A stretch of DNA of 64,000 nt. Origin: Hydrolagus colliei (taxonomy: Eukaryota). The position numbers and the translations under genes were made by a program. Within the stretch, counting starts at the first letter, position 1. Each line of letters opens with the position of its first letter. Shown here in pieces: positions 50,301 to 62,068 of the stretch. The notes beneath the pieces were generated by a model. The model saw only the letters and a list, made by a program, of their open reading frames with translations, was not told where the DNA came from and ran no database searches. Location of the stretch: assembly GCA_035084275.1 (NCBI GenBank), contig CM068764.1, forward strand, positions 7,936,001 through 8,000,000, written 5' to 3'.

Positions 50301-53300
50301 TCATTTTGCACAATTGGCGAAGTGCCTCTGTTCTGCGTCGACCTCCAATACTTTCCTCATCCTGTCGTTCACCATTCTTAATTAAACCCCTGCAAACTGA
50401 ACAGCAAGGCCTCCGTGTTATACATGAACCCAGATTTTCTTCCCCCAAAATGCACTCTCCTCTAAAAAAAACTGTCTGCTCTTCAATAACTCACCCAATA
50501 CTAAATGACAATGGATTAGGGAGGAAATCTCTAGCTTGTCCTCTCCCCGATACTCTTAAAACATAGATGTATGCACACAACATACATATATGGATTACAT
50601 TCACATTAGACATGATCATTTTTCTCTTCTTAGCAAGGGCCAATTTTAAATCTCTTTGACCTGTGACAGTGGTCTAGGTGGATAGTGGTCAACTCTCAAA
50701 ACTATCCCATTTTCTAACCACTCCATGATCCAGAGAGTTAGACCTCAAACCGAATGCACCAATCAAAACAAACAGGTAATTCCATCCGTATTAAAATAGT
50801 TGTAACCTCCCAAATTTTTCCCCTGCGTTTGTGTTTATTTGTTGCTGATACACACAGCTCATTCTCCTCATATTTTCCTCCATTAATTATTTCCCTCCTA
50901 AATATTAAAATAATACACTTAATACAGTACAGCAAAATGTCATCATTATTCTGGAATAATTACCAATGAACTTCAGGAATAAATTATCTCAAACTGCTTC
51001 CATTGCACCGATGGTGATGTATTTTTTGGAGGTGTTGAAGAGAGGTATTTACCTTCATTGAAACTGTCAGGTACATTGGCTACCAACAAGCATAAGAACC
51101 AGGATCCGTTTCGAACGTGCAACAAGGCCTCAGCTACGTCTGTGATCGGTAGTAGTGAAGGAAGCTCTGTGCGGACAAAATTGGAAAAATATCAATACGA
51201 TTCTAAACAACCTGGGTTGTGCAGTAGGTTCTGCTTTGGAACTTTAAAAGTTAAATACGTCAACAAAAAAAGAGGAGGAATGACTGAGGAATGGGACGTC
51301 CTCCCGACGTGAAAGGCGCTCTATAAATGTAAATTGTTGTTGTTGTTGTTGTTGATCATCTGGAGAACTGAGAGGCAGATTAGTCTCTTCTCCGGAAAAT
51401 GGCTAATTATCCAGAATTACCGGTGAAGTGGAGCTTTACCGCCCTCCCCCAACCCCCCTTTCATAATACTTGGCTGCTTAGTCACTTTATGATCACCATA
51501 TGTTGGCACGGAAAGTGGGAGAGTTTGCAAATAAGCACTCTTCCGTGGTCAGCATCAATGTTGTTCTGTGACTGATCAACAGATGGTGTACTTCTGCAAA
51601 GAACATCAATAATCTGGACAATTTCACCACTGGCCTCAACATAGAACTAGCTCATGGATATGTTTCACTGTGGCTAACAAATTATCAACACATTGATGAA
51701 ACCCTATATCATTCTTCCAATTTCCCTTTGTCCAAGGGCAAGATAGTCCAGTTGTAGGAAGCACCTAGAACTTAGTAAATAAATTAGTACGGAACCTCCT
51801 TGATTCATGACCGGAATTATATATGTGGATGCCGTCCACTCTATCTAAAACACAAAATGATATGGTCCAATCCAAAAAAAACTTTCACACAAGTATTTTT
51901 TGTGTTTGCAGCATTTGGAACAAATCAAGGAAGAATATTAATGCTGAAAATATCTCTATTTGGCAGAGAAAGGGAGAAAGTATGTCTATATGTTCATATT
52001 CATAAAACAACTTTTGTGACCAGGAGGAAAATTGGCTCAATAAAAAGTGATACAAACCCCGATAAAACAATTATATACATTTCACTACTTCACTGTGAAT
52101 TTTATTTACCTGCTTGTAGGATGCAGAGCACATCAGCAACTTCATCCAGGTAAACAGGGCTTTCAAACAGTTCTGAAGACTTCATGAAAAATTCGCCATT
52201 GGAATCAGACACCTTCAACATAAACATAAATAAGCTTAAATTTCAATTCACTAATTTGGCGATACACTACTTGTGCTAGGCAGGTACACAGTACTCGAAG
52301 GCAGTGAGCTTAGAGCAGCAGGCCAGACTTCTTATATGGATTCTTCTTATATGGCTCCTGTTAACCCAAAGCGTGAATGAGGAGGATGTCCTATCTGGAC
52401 AAACCACAGGACGTTTGCCAACGTTCAAAGTTTTAGCTGATTAAACTCCAGAACTACCCAAATGTACACTCCAAACAAACAGAAAGCGACATGTTTGAAA
52501 CTCTCAGTGATTGGTTTGGAGATTCTCAAGTAGGGCCGACGGGTTTCATACATCTGACTGACAAAAAATAATAAGGCTCAGCTATTCACTAGATAAAATT
52601 GAGTGGTTTTGTACAATGTATTTCTATGCTTTTACTAAATATTTCTTTATATAGGGAGGAATTAAATTTGGAAAGGATCACTTGAAACAAGCATTTCTTT
52701 CTCAACTGGTTCAGACCTTCCCTGTTACCTTGTTCATGATTGCTAGAAGTTCACTCAGTACCAGACGGAGGCGACGAGGGGAATCACTGTGCTCAAACTC
52801 TAAAGCCAGACCATGTTGCAGCTGTGACACCAAGATACTCTCTCCATTTCCTCCACCTAACTTGTGCCTGGCAAAAAGAAATTAGCATTTCAAGAATTAT
52901 TTCTGCCACATATCACTCAGAAACTACAAAGATAGAGAAACTGCAGAATTGCAGTTTTTCCGCTTAAACACCAGGGAGCCTTTTTGCAAACATTTCTGAC
53001 AACAATCCTTGTATTTGATATAGCATTTTCACGTATTCTAGACGTCGCAAAGCACTTCACAGAACATATGCAGTATATTCGCTATATACAGTAACAATAT
53101 TTTATTACAGATGATATATTTCTTCTTCCCCTTGTGTCACCTACTATAAAAAGTCTAATAACTCCTCTGCTAACATATCGATGCAAAGCCTCAACCCACT
53201 ATTCTGTGGATGTCAGATATCTATACTCAGGTTTCTCAGTGTTTACTTTAACTAGTGTTTCATTACATGCCTCAGCTGTTGTTCTTTTGTGGCGTCCTGT

Positions 53301-53563
53301 TCCAGTGCGTGAAAATCCACTGACAGCAAAGCCACGATGGAGTTCACTGCCTCAACCCCTGACAGGAGCCGAAGGATGAGTTTCTTGTCCTGTGCCCATG
53401 CCTGGCTTTGATCGGCTGGAGCGCACAGTGCCATTCTCACGAGGCAGGGCAATAACAGCCGCAGCTCGGGATCACTTAAAGCAGCCAGCTTTACCACATC
53501 CACCTTCTGCATCGCTTCGAATGCAAAGGAACTCACAAACTGCAGAAATGCACACTCTGCCAT
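38305..53563 (-). CDS. INTS2: Integrator complex subunit 2, complete 24-coding-exon CDS, about 1190 aa
   Basis: Coding exons in transcript order: 53271-53563, 52729-52867, 52110-52212, 51053-51166, 50266-50396, 49885-50058, 48676-48905, 48027-48152, 47806-47877, 47496-47610, 47333-47401, 46491-46625, 46080-46256, 45287-45395, 44680-44784, 44034-44198, 43671-43872, 42918-43043, 42588-42789, 41700-41912, 41063-41170, 39835-39940, 39164-39340, 38305-38486; total 3573 nt. The N-terminus MAECAFLQFVSSFAFEAMQKVDVVKLAALSDPELRLLLPCLVRMALCAPADQSQAWAQDKKLILRLLSGVEAVNSIVALLSVDFHALEQDA matches vertebrate INTS2; the C-terminus is DPEVQLCQCVEATFLEIINTASIGV*. Confidence 0.95.
38638..38830 (-). mobile_element. 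L2-type 3' tail, second subfamily
   Basis: (AAC)n TTAGATTTATATAGCGCCCTCACTCCATGCCAGAC...GTCTCAGAGCGCTTCATAATAACGGATC; a sibling copy lies at about 41948-42040. Confidence 0.6.
41265..41510. mobile_element. Tigger/pogo-like MITE family A
   Basis: TACAGTACACTTAGTCGTCGCTTAAC ... GTTAAGCGAGCTATACTTG. Confidence 0.7.
47000..47260 (-). mobile_element. Antisense Deu-core SINE with an inserted (AAC)n L2-type tail
   Basis: AATAATCCTTACATTTGATATAGTGC...GGCAGCCAATTGCGCAC, then an insert of about 60 bp, then GCAGTGTCCCCACACAG. Confidence 0.7.
48977..49211. mobile_element. Tigger/pogo-like MITE family A
   Basis: GTACACTCGCTCAACATCGCAGTTGTGTTCACGAAAAGTG ... TTAAGCAAGGTCTACCTGTA. Confidence 0.7.
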
Positions 53564-54758
53564 TTTGGTGAAAATACCTAAATGAAAAGCAAAACCCATG
53601 AGATCCCATTTCAAACAGCACTGAAATCTTTAAACCATGTAGAAGACTTTTAAAGGTTCTTAAAAGCATCAACCAGCAAACTATTATATAATGGTCCAAA
53701 ACCTCTCCCATTTCTGGGCGTTTTTATCTGACAAATTTGCATGCTATCTCTACTCAGCGGCTAGACTACTTCAAGTACTGTTCCGATCATCGACAGTTCA
53801 GGCTTTCAATGTGTATGCCCCACTCTCTAGCTCTCCATCCCAGAGAATTTTCTGTTCCTTTACTTCCTTCAAAGTGCCTTTGGTGATCTTTCCCCCACCA
53901 ATCCCTTCATCCCACCTCAGTCAGATCCACCCCAGATCAGGTGTAAATGCTGGATTGTCTAGTACAGTACGTTGGGCCATCCTCCCGACATGAACAATCA
54001 AGTTTGATGCACATGATCTTGCATTGGACATGTAATAGATATGTATACCTGATGTGCTGAAGGATATGGCTGGATGGCCATTCCGTCATTTCTTTTTTTT
54101 TTGCTTGTACAGTACTTTGAAAACCTAAAACTGAATTTTCAAAGCGCGTTGAAGAATATCCATCCGCAAGTCGTGGTGTCGTGGCGAGCAACTTTTTTAG
54201 TAAAAACCAAAATATTTTTATAATAATAATCCTTGCATTTGGATAAAGCGCCTTTTCACATCTTATCGCCATCTCACAGCGCTTCACAGGTTTTAACTGA
54301 TATTCTCACTTTTCCTGATCAAAAGGATCACATAATAGTGATTTAAAATCATTCAATTTGCCCTGCTGGCAAACCCATCGATCTACACATATATTATATA
54401 TATATATATATCTATTTAAACAAAAATCAAGCCCAATTTGACAGCAAAGCACACCACTGCAAATGTGGTGGAATAGGAATTCAGTGTGTCCTATTTGCTC
54501 TGCTCAACAACAAAATAAAACCTTCAGCAACATCCGATTTAAAAGTCCTGTGAACCAGCATTACTCTCTGTTCAAAGCTTTTAAACGATTTGTAAGATAT
54601 TAAACGAAGAGAGGTTGATGCTGTGACTGATATAAGGGAGGGGGGAAGCCCGGGTTGGAAGGGGGTTTGGTGTGGAGAGGAGACACCGGGAACTGTCTGT
54701 AAAAGTTAAGTGACTTCAGCCACCCCCTTGTTGACGCTGCAGACCAGACGCCCATTAC

Positions 54759-55560
54759 CTTGGCTGAGAAACCGGAAGAAAGTCTTTTGGAAATACGGTA
54801 CACACGCACACAAATAATGTTGAACGGGGCCTAGAGCTACACAGTCACTCCAGTCCTCGGCCTCGCGTACTGTCAAGTCAAGCCAACCCCGGGCTCTTCA
54901 GGGGGCGCCCGAGCCCTCGCATTGGGAGAACGAGCGGCGGGTTCAGAGGTCACAACCCGCCAGAGCCCGCCTCCCACGCTCCCTCAGTCACTTTCTCCCT
55001 CCCTCCTCCACCCTTCCCTCTGTCACTCCTGCCACTCCCTCACCCCTTTCCCTCAGTCACTCTCCCACTCCCTCCCTCCTTCCCTCCCTATCTTTCATTC
55101 ATTCACTCACTCACTCTTCTCCATCCTATCTATTCTCACTACCACCCTGTCTCTCTCTCTCTCTGTCAGTCTCTGTTTCTCCCTCAGTCTGTGTGGATGA
55201 TGTGTTGAAGTGGGAGCCGAGTGGCATGCTGGGCCGGGCCGTGCCATTCGCCACCCCCCCGCCCCCCCCACCACTCCGACCTAGTTCTAGTTGTCATGGT
55301 GACGGACGGCTTCGTGGCTCCCTCTGTGTCCGAGCTGCTGATTGGCTGGCGACAGTGCGTGCCGGAAACCACGTTGTCTTGAGCTTTCCTATTGGTCGTT
55401 CTCACTTGCCCAATCACGCGGGCCCCGAGCGCTGATTGGTTGTCTTCAGCGGTTGCGCATGCGCATCCTCGAGGGAAGGCGGCGTGGCGGGAAATGGAGG
55501 CCGGGCGGGTGGGACTTTGGCGCTGTTTAAATTAAGAAAGTGGCCGACGAGTGTGAGTAA
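54759..55560. promoter_or_regulatory. Bidirectional INTS2/BRIP1 promoter region with candidate non-coding first exons
   Basis: CpG-rich. Minus-strand donor CCAAG|gtaatg at 54759 and an ETS CCGGAAG at about 54772. CCAAT boxes at 54921, 55341, 55391, 55410 and 55435. NRF1 TGCGCATGCGCA at 55454-55465. E2F-like TGGCGGGAAA (55485-55494) and TTTGGCGC (55516-55523). CHR-like TTTAAA (55526-55531). Plus-strand donor-like gtgagt at about 55553. Confidence 0.7.
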
Positions 55561-55654
55561 TGATGGCGAGGGAGGCCATCCCACAGTCCCTCCGCCTCAA
55601 ACCCTCCCTTCCCTCCTTCGTGACCCGTCTCAAGAACCCCCTTGGTCACCCTCC

Positions 55655-56040
55655 AACTCCTACCCTCCCTCCTCCCCTCTTCCCTTACCCTCCCCTCCAA
55701 CCTCTGCCTCCTCGTCTCCACCCCTACCCTCCCTCCTCTCCTACCCTCCCCCCTCTCCTACCCTCCCCCCTCTCCTACCCTCCCCCCTCTCCTACCCTCC
55801 CTCCTCTCCTACCCTCCCCCCTCTCCTACCCTCCCCCCTCTCCTACCCTCCCTCCTCTCCTACCCTCCCTCCTCTCCTACCCTCCCCCCTCTCCACCCCT
55901 ACCCTCCCTCCTCTCCTACCCCTACCCTCCCTCCACTCCTACCCTCCCTCCTCTCCTACCCTCCCTCCCTCCTCTCCTACCCTCCCTCCCTCCTCTCCTA
56001 CCCTCCCTCCCTCCTCTCCACCCCTACCCTCCCTCCCTTC
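55655..56040 (+). repeat. About 17-bp C/T-rich minisatellite (CTCTCCTACCCTCCC..)n
   Basis: Directly visible tandem units CTCTCCTACCCTCCC(C/T)C in the presumed first intron of BRIP1. Confidence 0.9.
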
Positions 56041-56290
56041 CACACCCCAGCCTCCCCACCTCCTGTTTCCCAGCTCACCTCCTGCCCTGACATGAAAGCT
56101 GTTATATCAATGTAATTTGTTGTTGTTGTTGTTGTTGTTGTTGACTGTCTGGGGAGCCATTGGACATCTTGAAAGCACTAAGGCTGAGCCTTCCAGAGAG
56201 AGCTGGGCCCGAGCCTCTTGTTCCCTGTGTGTAGCTGCGGTGCCCAGTGTCTCACTCCACTGTAGGAGGATGTTACCTGCCTTCCTCCCC

Positions 56291-56321
<31 letters not shown>

Positions 56322-57242
56322 GCGCGCTACACTCCCTATTGTAGCGTTATCCGCAAACTTAGAAATTGTGTTCCTTATACTGTACCAGAGGATACAGTAT
56401 AAGGAGGATTGTCACCCGGTGGCGACTGCTGTTATTTTGCAACTGACAAGCGCGGGTGTGACAGTGATTTGGTGGATTTGCAGGTGTCAGGATTACCTGT
56501 GAGCATAAAATAATAAAAATGCTTCCTGCCCACAGCTTGGACCCAAACACTACCCATTGATTCCTTCTGTTGGAAATGAGAAGCTTGAGCAGCATCTGCT
56601 GACTCTGCTGGATATATGAGTCACTTTGATATTGTGGAGGCGCAAGTCAATACCATGCTTATTCAACATCAACTGCTAATCTAGGGACACATAAGAGGGA
56701 CTTTGGCAAACAGGATGTACTGTATCGGCCATGAAGCTGCCTTTACTTCCAGATTCTCAGCAACAGGTCAGTGTAGGCCAATTCCCTCCCTGCAGTGACC
56801 TATTTTTTCACCCAAATCAAACTCGCTGCTTGATTCTACACTTCATAAATGAGTCGGAGGAAGCTTCACTGCTGCATTGTTATAAAATGTTATAAAATAC
56901 CCTAGTTATTTATATGAATGAACAATTGGGTAAGGTGCCATACTTGTACTCTAGGATTAACCAGATTTAATGCAGATTAGCCAACCTAGTTCATTTGTAG
57001 GAATTGGAATAGTAGATTCATCCTATTGCACCATTATCGTTAAAATGTTTCCAAACGCTCCTCAGTTTTCTGTAAAGTGAGCTTGAGCTCACTCTCAGAC
57101 TTAGAGGTGAGGGTGATATTAAAGGTATAAAAATGTATTTGAATCAAAGGTTTTCATGATAAGATGTTGTAAACTATGCTGTGAATATTCTTTGCAGAAT
57201 GAAACTTTAAGCGTCTGTGCTTTGTGCATTTAACAAGTTAAA

Positions 57243-60200
57243 ATGGCATCACTAGAGTCTGAATATACTATTGGTGGGGTGAAAATTCTCTTTCCATGCA
57301 AGGCATACCCATCTCAACTCGCCATGATGAATTCAGTAAGTATGTTTGTTTCATACATTCAAATATTTGTCAAAGAATCAAAGAAGTGAAGTTGATTGAG
57401 GCAGCAACATCCAGAGTTTCGGGGCATCGTGGCTGAAGAGCAGGGCTGCTGAAGAGCAGTGCTGCTGAAGGCGGAGTGGAGGGCAGAGGTACATGTAGAA
57501 GGTCGGAACTGGCTAAGCAAAGTAGCTGGGTAGAGGAATGGGTTGCAGGCAAATAGATAGGAGATTCAGGAAGGTGCTAGAGCATGAAGTGATTTGTGGA
57601 TGAGTGAGAATCTTGAAATCAATCTGTTCTGCGACAGGAAACAGTGGAGAATGACATTGTGGCAGGCAATGTCTCCCTCTCAATCCTTCCATCTCTATTT
57701 GACTTAAAGTTCCACGTTAAAAACTACATCTTTGATTGCACCCATTGTCACCTCCCACTGTTGTCTCTTTGTGTCAGTCCGGGCTACTTTAAAGCACTCC
57801 CAAGACATTATTCCATCTGAAGGACGTTATATGAGTGCAAGTTGTTTGGGGAATTGAATTCAAACATATAGTTGCAATTCAGCAATAAGGTATAATTTCA
57901 GTCCAAAGTATAGTGGTTCTGTGTTTCTTTTGTCATGGTGTGTTTAGCTCAAATATAATGGAAGTTATGCATTCAGTTTATTTTCTTTTATGTTCAGATT
58001 ATTCGAGGTTTGAACTGCAAGCAGCACTGCCTGTTAGAGAGCCCAACAGGAAGTGGGAAGAGTCTTGCATTGCTCTGTTCGGCACTGGCTTGGCAGCAGT
58101 CTCAATATGGTAAACGTTATTGGTTTGACTCCTTCCATCTTGTTTTCTTGTGGAAAAGATATTGACTCCATCGCATCGCCAAGATTGAAACGTACTCTAG
58201 ATTATAGAGTATAGAGTAAATGTATTTTGATTTACTTTGCTTCGTAAGCATCTTCAAACAGGATAATCAGTTTTGTGTGAAGTGCAACTCAGTATAGCAC
58301 AATGACATGCCTAGTATAGTAAAAGTCAGTTTATCTGGCACCCTTGGGACCTGGCCAATGCTGGTTAAAGTGCAGGCCGGATATTCGTCCGAAAACACAA
58401 ATAAATATATATTTTTTCCGGATAAATTCCAGTTAATCGAATGTAGACTTTTTTTGAGATGCCAGTTATACAGAAGTTACGGTTGATCGGGTCACGGATA
58501 AACAGGCTTTTACTGTATTGGGTAATTTTTAAAATTGTTGCGTGATACATTTATTAATTTGAGTCACACATCTTACAGATTTTGAGCTGACAGTCTAGAC
58601 TGACACTGCAATAAATTGCTGAGGGTGAACAGGATTTTCAGAGGTATCGTCCTTTGGAAGTCGTTAAATTGAGGTCCCACCTGCCTATTCAGGTGGTTGT
58701 TCTCATAGCACTATTCAAATAGAGAAAATAGTTTCTCCCAGTGCCCTTACTGATTAATAAAATTGGGCATTCGCTTAACGACTGTTTGTGGGACATTATT
58801 GTGTCTAAAGTAGTTGCTATTTTCACCGAGAGATACTGTCAGTAAACTTGATAGCAAATTCTGTGAAATCCTTTGAAACGTTTCAAAGAAATAAGGATCT
58901 ATATCAAATGCACGTATTGTGAATAACTGTTTTGCATTGGAATAGTGACTTTCATGTTGGAAGGATGTCTCAAACAATTTCACAGAGCCCACTGGGGCTG
59001 GGTGAGGCCATGCAGAGCTTTAAGCATGAGGACAAGATCTCAGTCTCAATCCACAGGAGAACAGGGATCCAATGGCTTCCAGAGTGAGGATAGGGGTGAC
59101 AGGCTATGGAGCTTAGCTTGGGAGAGAACATGAACTGCAGAATTTCTAATGCAGGCTCTAATTTTGTGTGGGGCAGAACAGGGGATTCCAGCTTGAGTAG
59201 GCTATCCTGCATGTGATGAAGGTATTAATTAACTATCTTGTTTTTAATTAGGAAAAGCTGCAGCTGGAGATTCTTCAGGTGATTGTGAAAAAGAGGGAAG
59301 CACGTCTTCATGTAACTGCCACTGCCACGCAGCAAAACCGTCCTCCGCTCCAGCTATAACACCCAGCCAAACAGCAGCAACAAGTCCAGATGCTTCAGCA
59401 AATCCGATGTACTCACAAAATTCAAACCAAGGTAGCAACGTGTCATGTGTTGCACTCTGTTTATCCAGTATATATTTATAACAGTTAATTCTCACAGGTC
59501 GGTGAGTCAGTGATTGGAGTGCCATCACTTTAAGATAGTTTGCAAGCAAATGGAGAGGTAAAGATAAGTTAAAAACTAATGTACAAGAGAGAACAGAAAA
59601 TTGATTATTTAAATTATCTAAAGCGAGAGGGGAAAGAAAGTAAATTGAATGAAAGATTAATTTCGGAAGCTGTGCAGTAACTTCAGTTTCAAATGGCTTA
59701 AAACCCAAAGGTAATCTAGAACAGAGTTCTTCATCGCACTATTATTATTTTTTTTTACTAATTTTCAATCTATTTTCTACCATTTCATTCACAGAAGTTT
59801 TTCCTTTGTCAGATTCTGTTAATATTTCCAGGAATACCTTGGCTTCCAAACTACATGCCAAGATGACAGCATCTTTAGTTGAGGTCGATGATGATTTTCA
59901 AGTGGAAAAGAAGCGGATACGTGAGCCATTGAATGACCCACAGGTATAGATATATTTTGGGCTGTGATTTACGCATTGATTTCGAGTTTTGGTAAAAGTA
60001 GAATCTCATTATTAACACAGAAAGCTGCAGAGTGGAGAGGAATTCATTAGTATTAATTAAGGAAGTGTCTATTTATCACTATTTTGCTTTGGTTTGCTCC
60101 CAGTATTGATTCAGCTCCAATTATACATTCAAAGTCACCGAATCTTTACGGCGAGCCTCTTCATTTAATTTCAGGAAATTAATTTCTAAACATTTATTGT

Positions 60201-60489
60201 CCTGCATTTCACGAGGCTATGGAATTAAAATGTGTTGATTAATCTGCCTGTTAGTGAAGAATGAGCGAAGTGATCATGACGGGTAACAATCTAATTTACA
60301 TACAACTGGTTACATTCTTATTGTAATAAAAGGGTTTGATTTATTTTTCAGGAGAGAAAGCGGAGGTGTTTTGAGCCAGGAATACATTATATTGATGACG
60401 AAAGTGAAGGGGAGGATGCAGGATCACACAAGTGGAATGTAGATTTGAATCGCCAGGCACAGCATGTAATACGTTCGCCACAGATATTG
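57243..60489 (+). CDS. BRIP1: BRIP1/FANCJ Fe-S DEAH helicase, first five coding exons (gene continues beyond the window)
   Basis: Exons 57243-57335 ([32 protein letters not shown] motif), 57998-58109 ([34 protein letters not shown], Walker A), 59252-59431, 59795-59943 (TLASKL...[12 protein letters not shown]) and 60352-60489 (ERKRRCF...). All GT-AG and phase-consistent. Not in the supplied ORF list because the exons are short. Confidence 0.93.
58315..58517. mobile_element. Complete Tigger/pogo-like MITE family B
   Basis: TIRs TATAGTAAAAGTCAGTTTATCTGGCACCC and GGGTCACGGATAAACAGGCTTTTACTGTA with TA ends. Confidence 0.75.
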
Positions 60490-61188
60490 GTAAGTTCATC
60501 CAAGCACTTCTTTATTACTTTAAAAGTTACCTTTAATAACAGGGCATCGACTAATACCAATATCTTGTTAATATATTCTGCAACACGTTAGGAAACACTG
60601 ACAATCGGACTGATTTTGTGCAGATATCCGGAACAACTTTGTTTCCATTTATAACAGCATTTAGAATAATTGGTAAATCCTACTATTTATTCTCGAGTTT
60701 AACTCTTGTAGGACAGTTGTACATTGGTTAGAATGCTATATGCAATTCTGTTTCATGGACAGTAGGGTGTGATGTTGTCCTACGATAGACCGTGCACACA
60801 TGTAATCCACAAGGTCGTATCCAGACAAACGTTTGTCTTGTGGGATGTCACAGAAAAGTTTCTGAGTGACCATGGTGTGATTGTTACTATCCACTCCTGC
60901 TTGTGTGTTTCCGACTCCATAGTGGGAAAGGGGCTATGTAAGTGCACATTATCATTGTGGCAAGGATTATCGCTTGTTTACAGTGTACGGCAGAATCCAA
61001 AGTACCAGCATGGAGACCCATGTTTCTGAATCCCAAATTTTTAACCCGAATTTCCACCCACAAATTATACAATCACTACATTTTACACTTTACAGTATAT
61101 TCTGTGAAGTGCTGTGAGACGTCACAAACGTGTGATAAAGCTCTATATCAAATGCAAGGATTATAATAAGTATTATCATAATAATTTT

Positions 61189-62068
61189 CAACAACAACAA
61201 CAAATTAGACTTATAGAGCGCCTTTCACGTCGGGAGGACGTCCCAAGGCGCTGCACAGGAGGCGTGTGACCCGAACTGGGAGGGGAGTGTACGGGAGAGG
61301 GTAAAAAACGTTGGGGAGGTTGAAAATTAGGGGGGGAACAGAAGGCATGGTCGAAAAGGAAAGTCTTCAAACCAGCCTTGAAAGAGGAAAGGGAGGAAAC
61401 AAGTCGGAGGGATTGGGGGATAGAATTCCATAGGGTGGGAGCGGAGAAACTGATAGCCCAGCCTCTGATGGTGGGACGGTTCGGGCGGGGGGCTTGGAGC
61501 AAACCAAGTCCTGTTGAACGGAGGGTCCGGTTGGGCTTATAGGGGGAGAGTAAATCGGATAGATAAGCTGCGGGAAGGCCGTGTAAGGCCTTGAAAACAA
61601 GGACAAGGATCTTGAACTCGATCTCTGGGGGATGGGGAGACGGGCGAGGGTGGGGGTTATATGGTCACGGAGGTGGGTGCGGGATATTACACGGTCTGCA
61701 GAGTTTTGGATGACCTGCAGCCTGTGAATGGAGGAGCTGGGGAGGCCGACGAGGAAAGAGTTTCCATAGTCCAGCCGTGAGGTGATGTACGCGTGCACAA
61801 GTATTTCGGCAGCATGGTGGGTGAGATAGTTGCGGAGCCTTGCAATGTTGCTCAGGTGGAAGGCGGTGCCGGTCAAGGCACGGATGTGGGGGAGGAAGGA
61901 GAGTTTATGGTCGAACGTGATGCCGAGGTTCCTGACTGGCTTTGTGAGGTGGAGAATACAGCCTTGGATGTTGAGGCTGGCAGCGCCCGATGTGCGGAGG
62001 CGCTGGCTTGAACTAATCAGGAGGGCCTCGGTCTTGCTCACGTTCAATTGGAGGAAGTTGTCCCTCGT
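61189..62068 (-). mobile_element. 5'-truncated young L2 LINE (RT C-terminus and 3' tail)
   Basis: ORF 61367-62080 (NFLQLNVSKTEALLI..VRNLGITFD..LSF..HI..HAYITSRLDYGNS..LQVIQNSA) and ORF 61188-61502 (AISFSAPTLWNSIP..SLSSFKAGLKTFLF) are L2 ORF2 motifs separated by a frameshift; the element ends in (TTG)n. Confidence 0.9.

Noticed and set aside
55436-56115. Pro-rich 157-219 aa ORFs resembling extensins
   Set aside because: They are open in all three frames because the 17-bp minisatellite lacks stop codons; not a gene.
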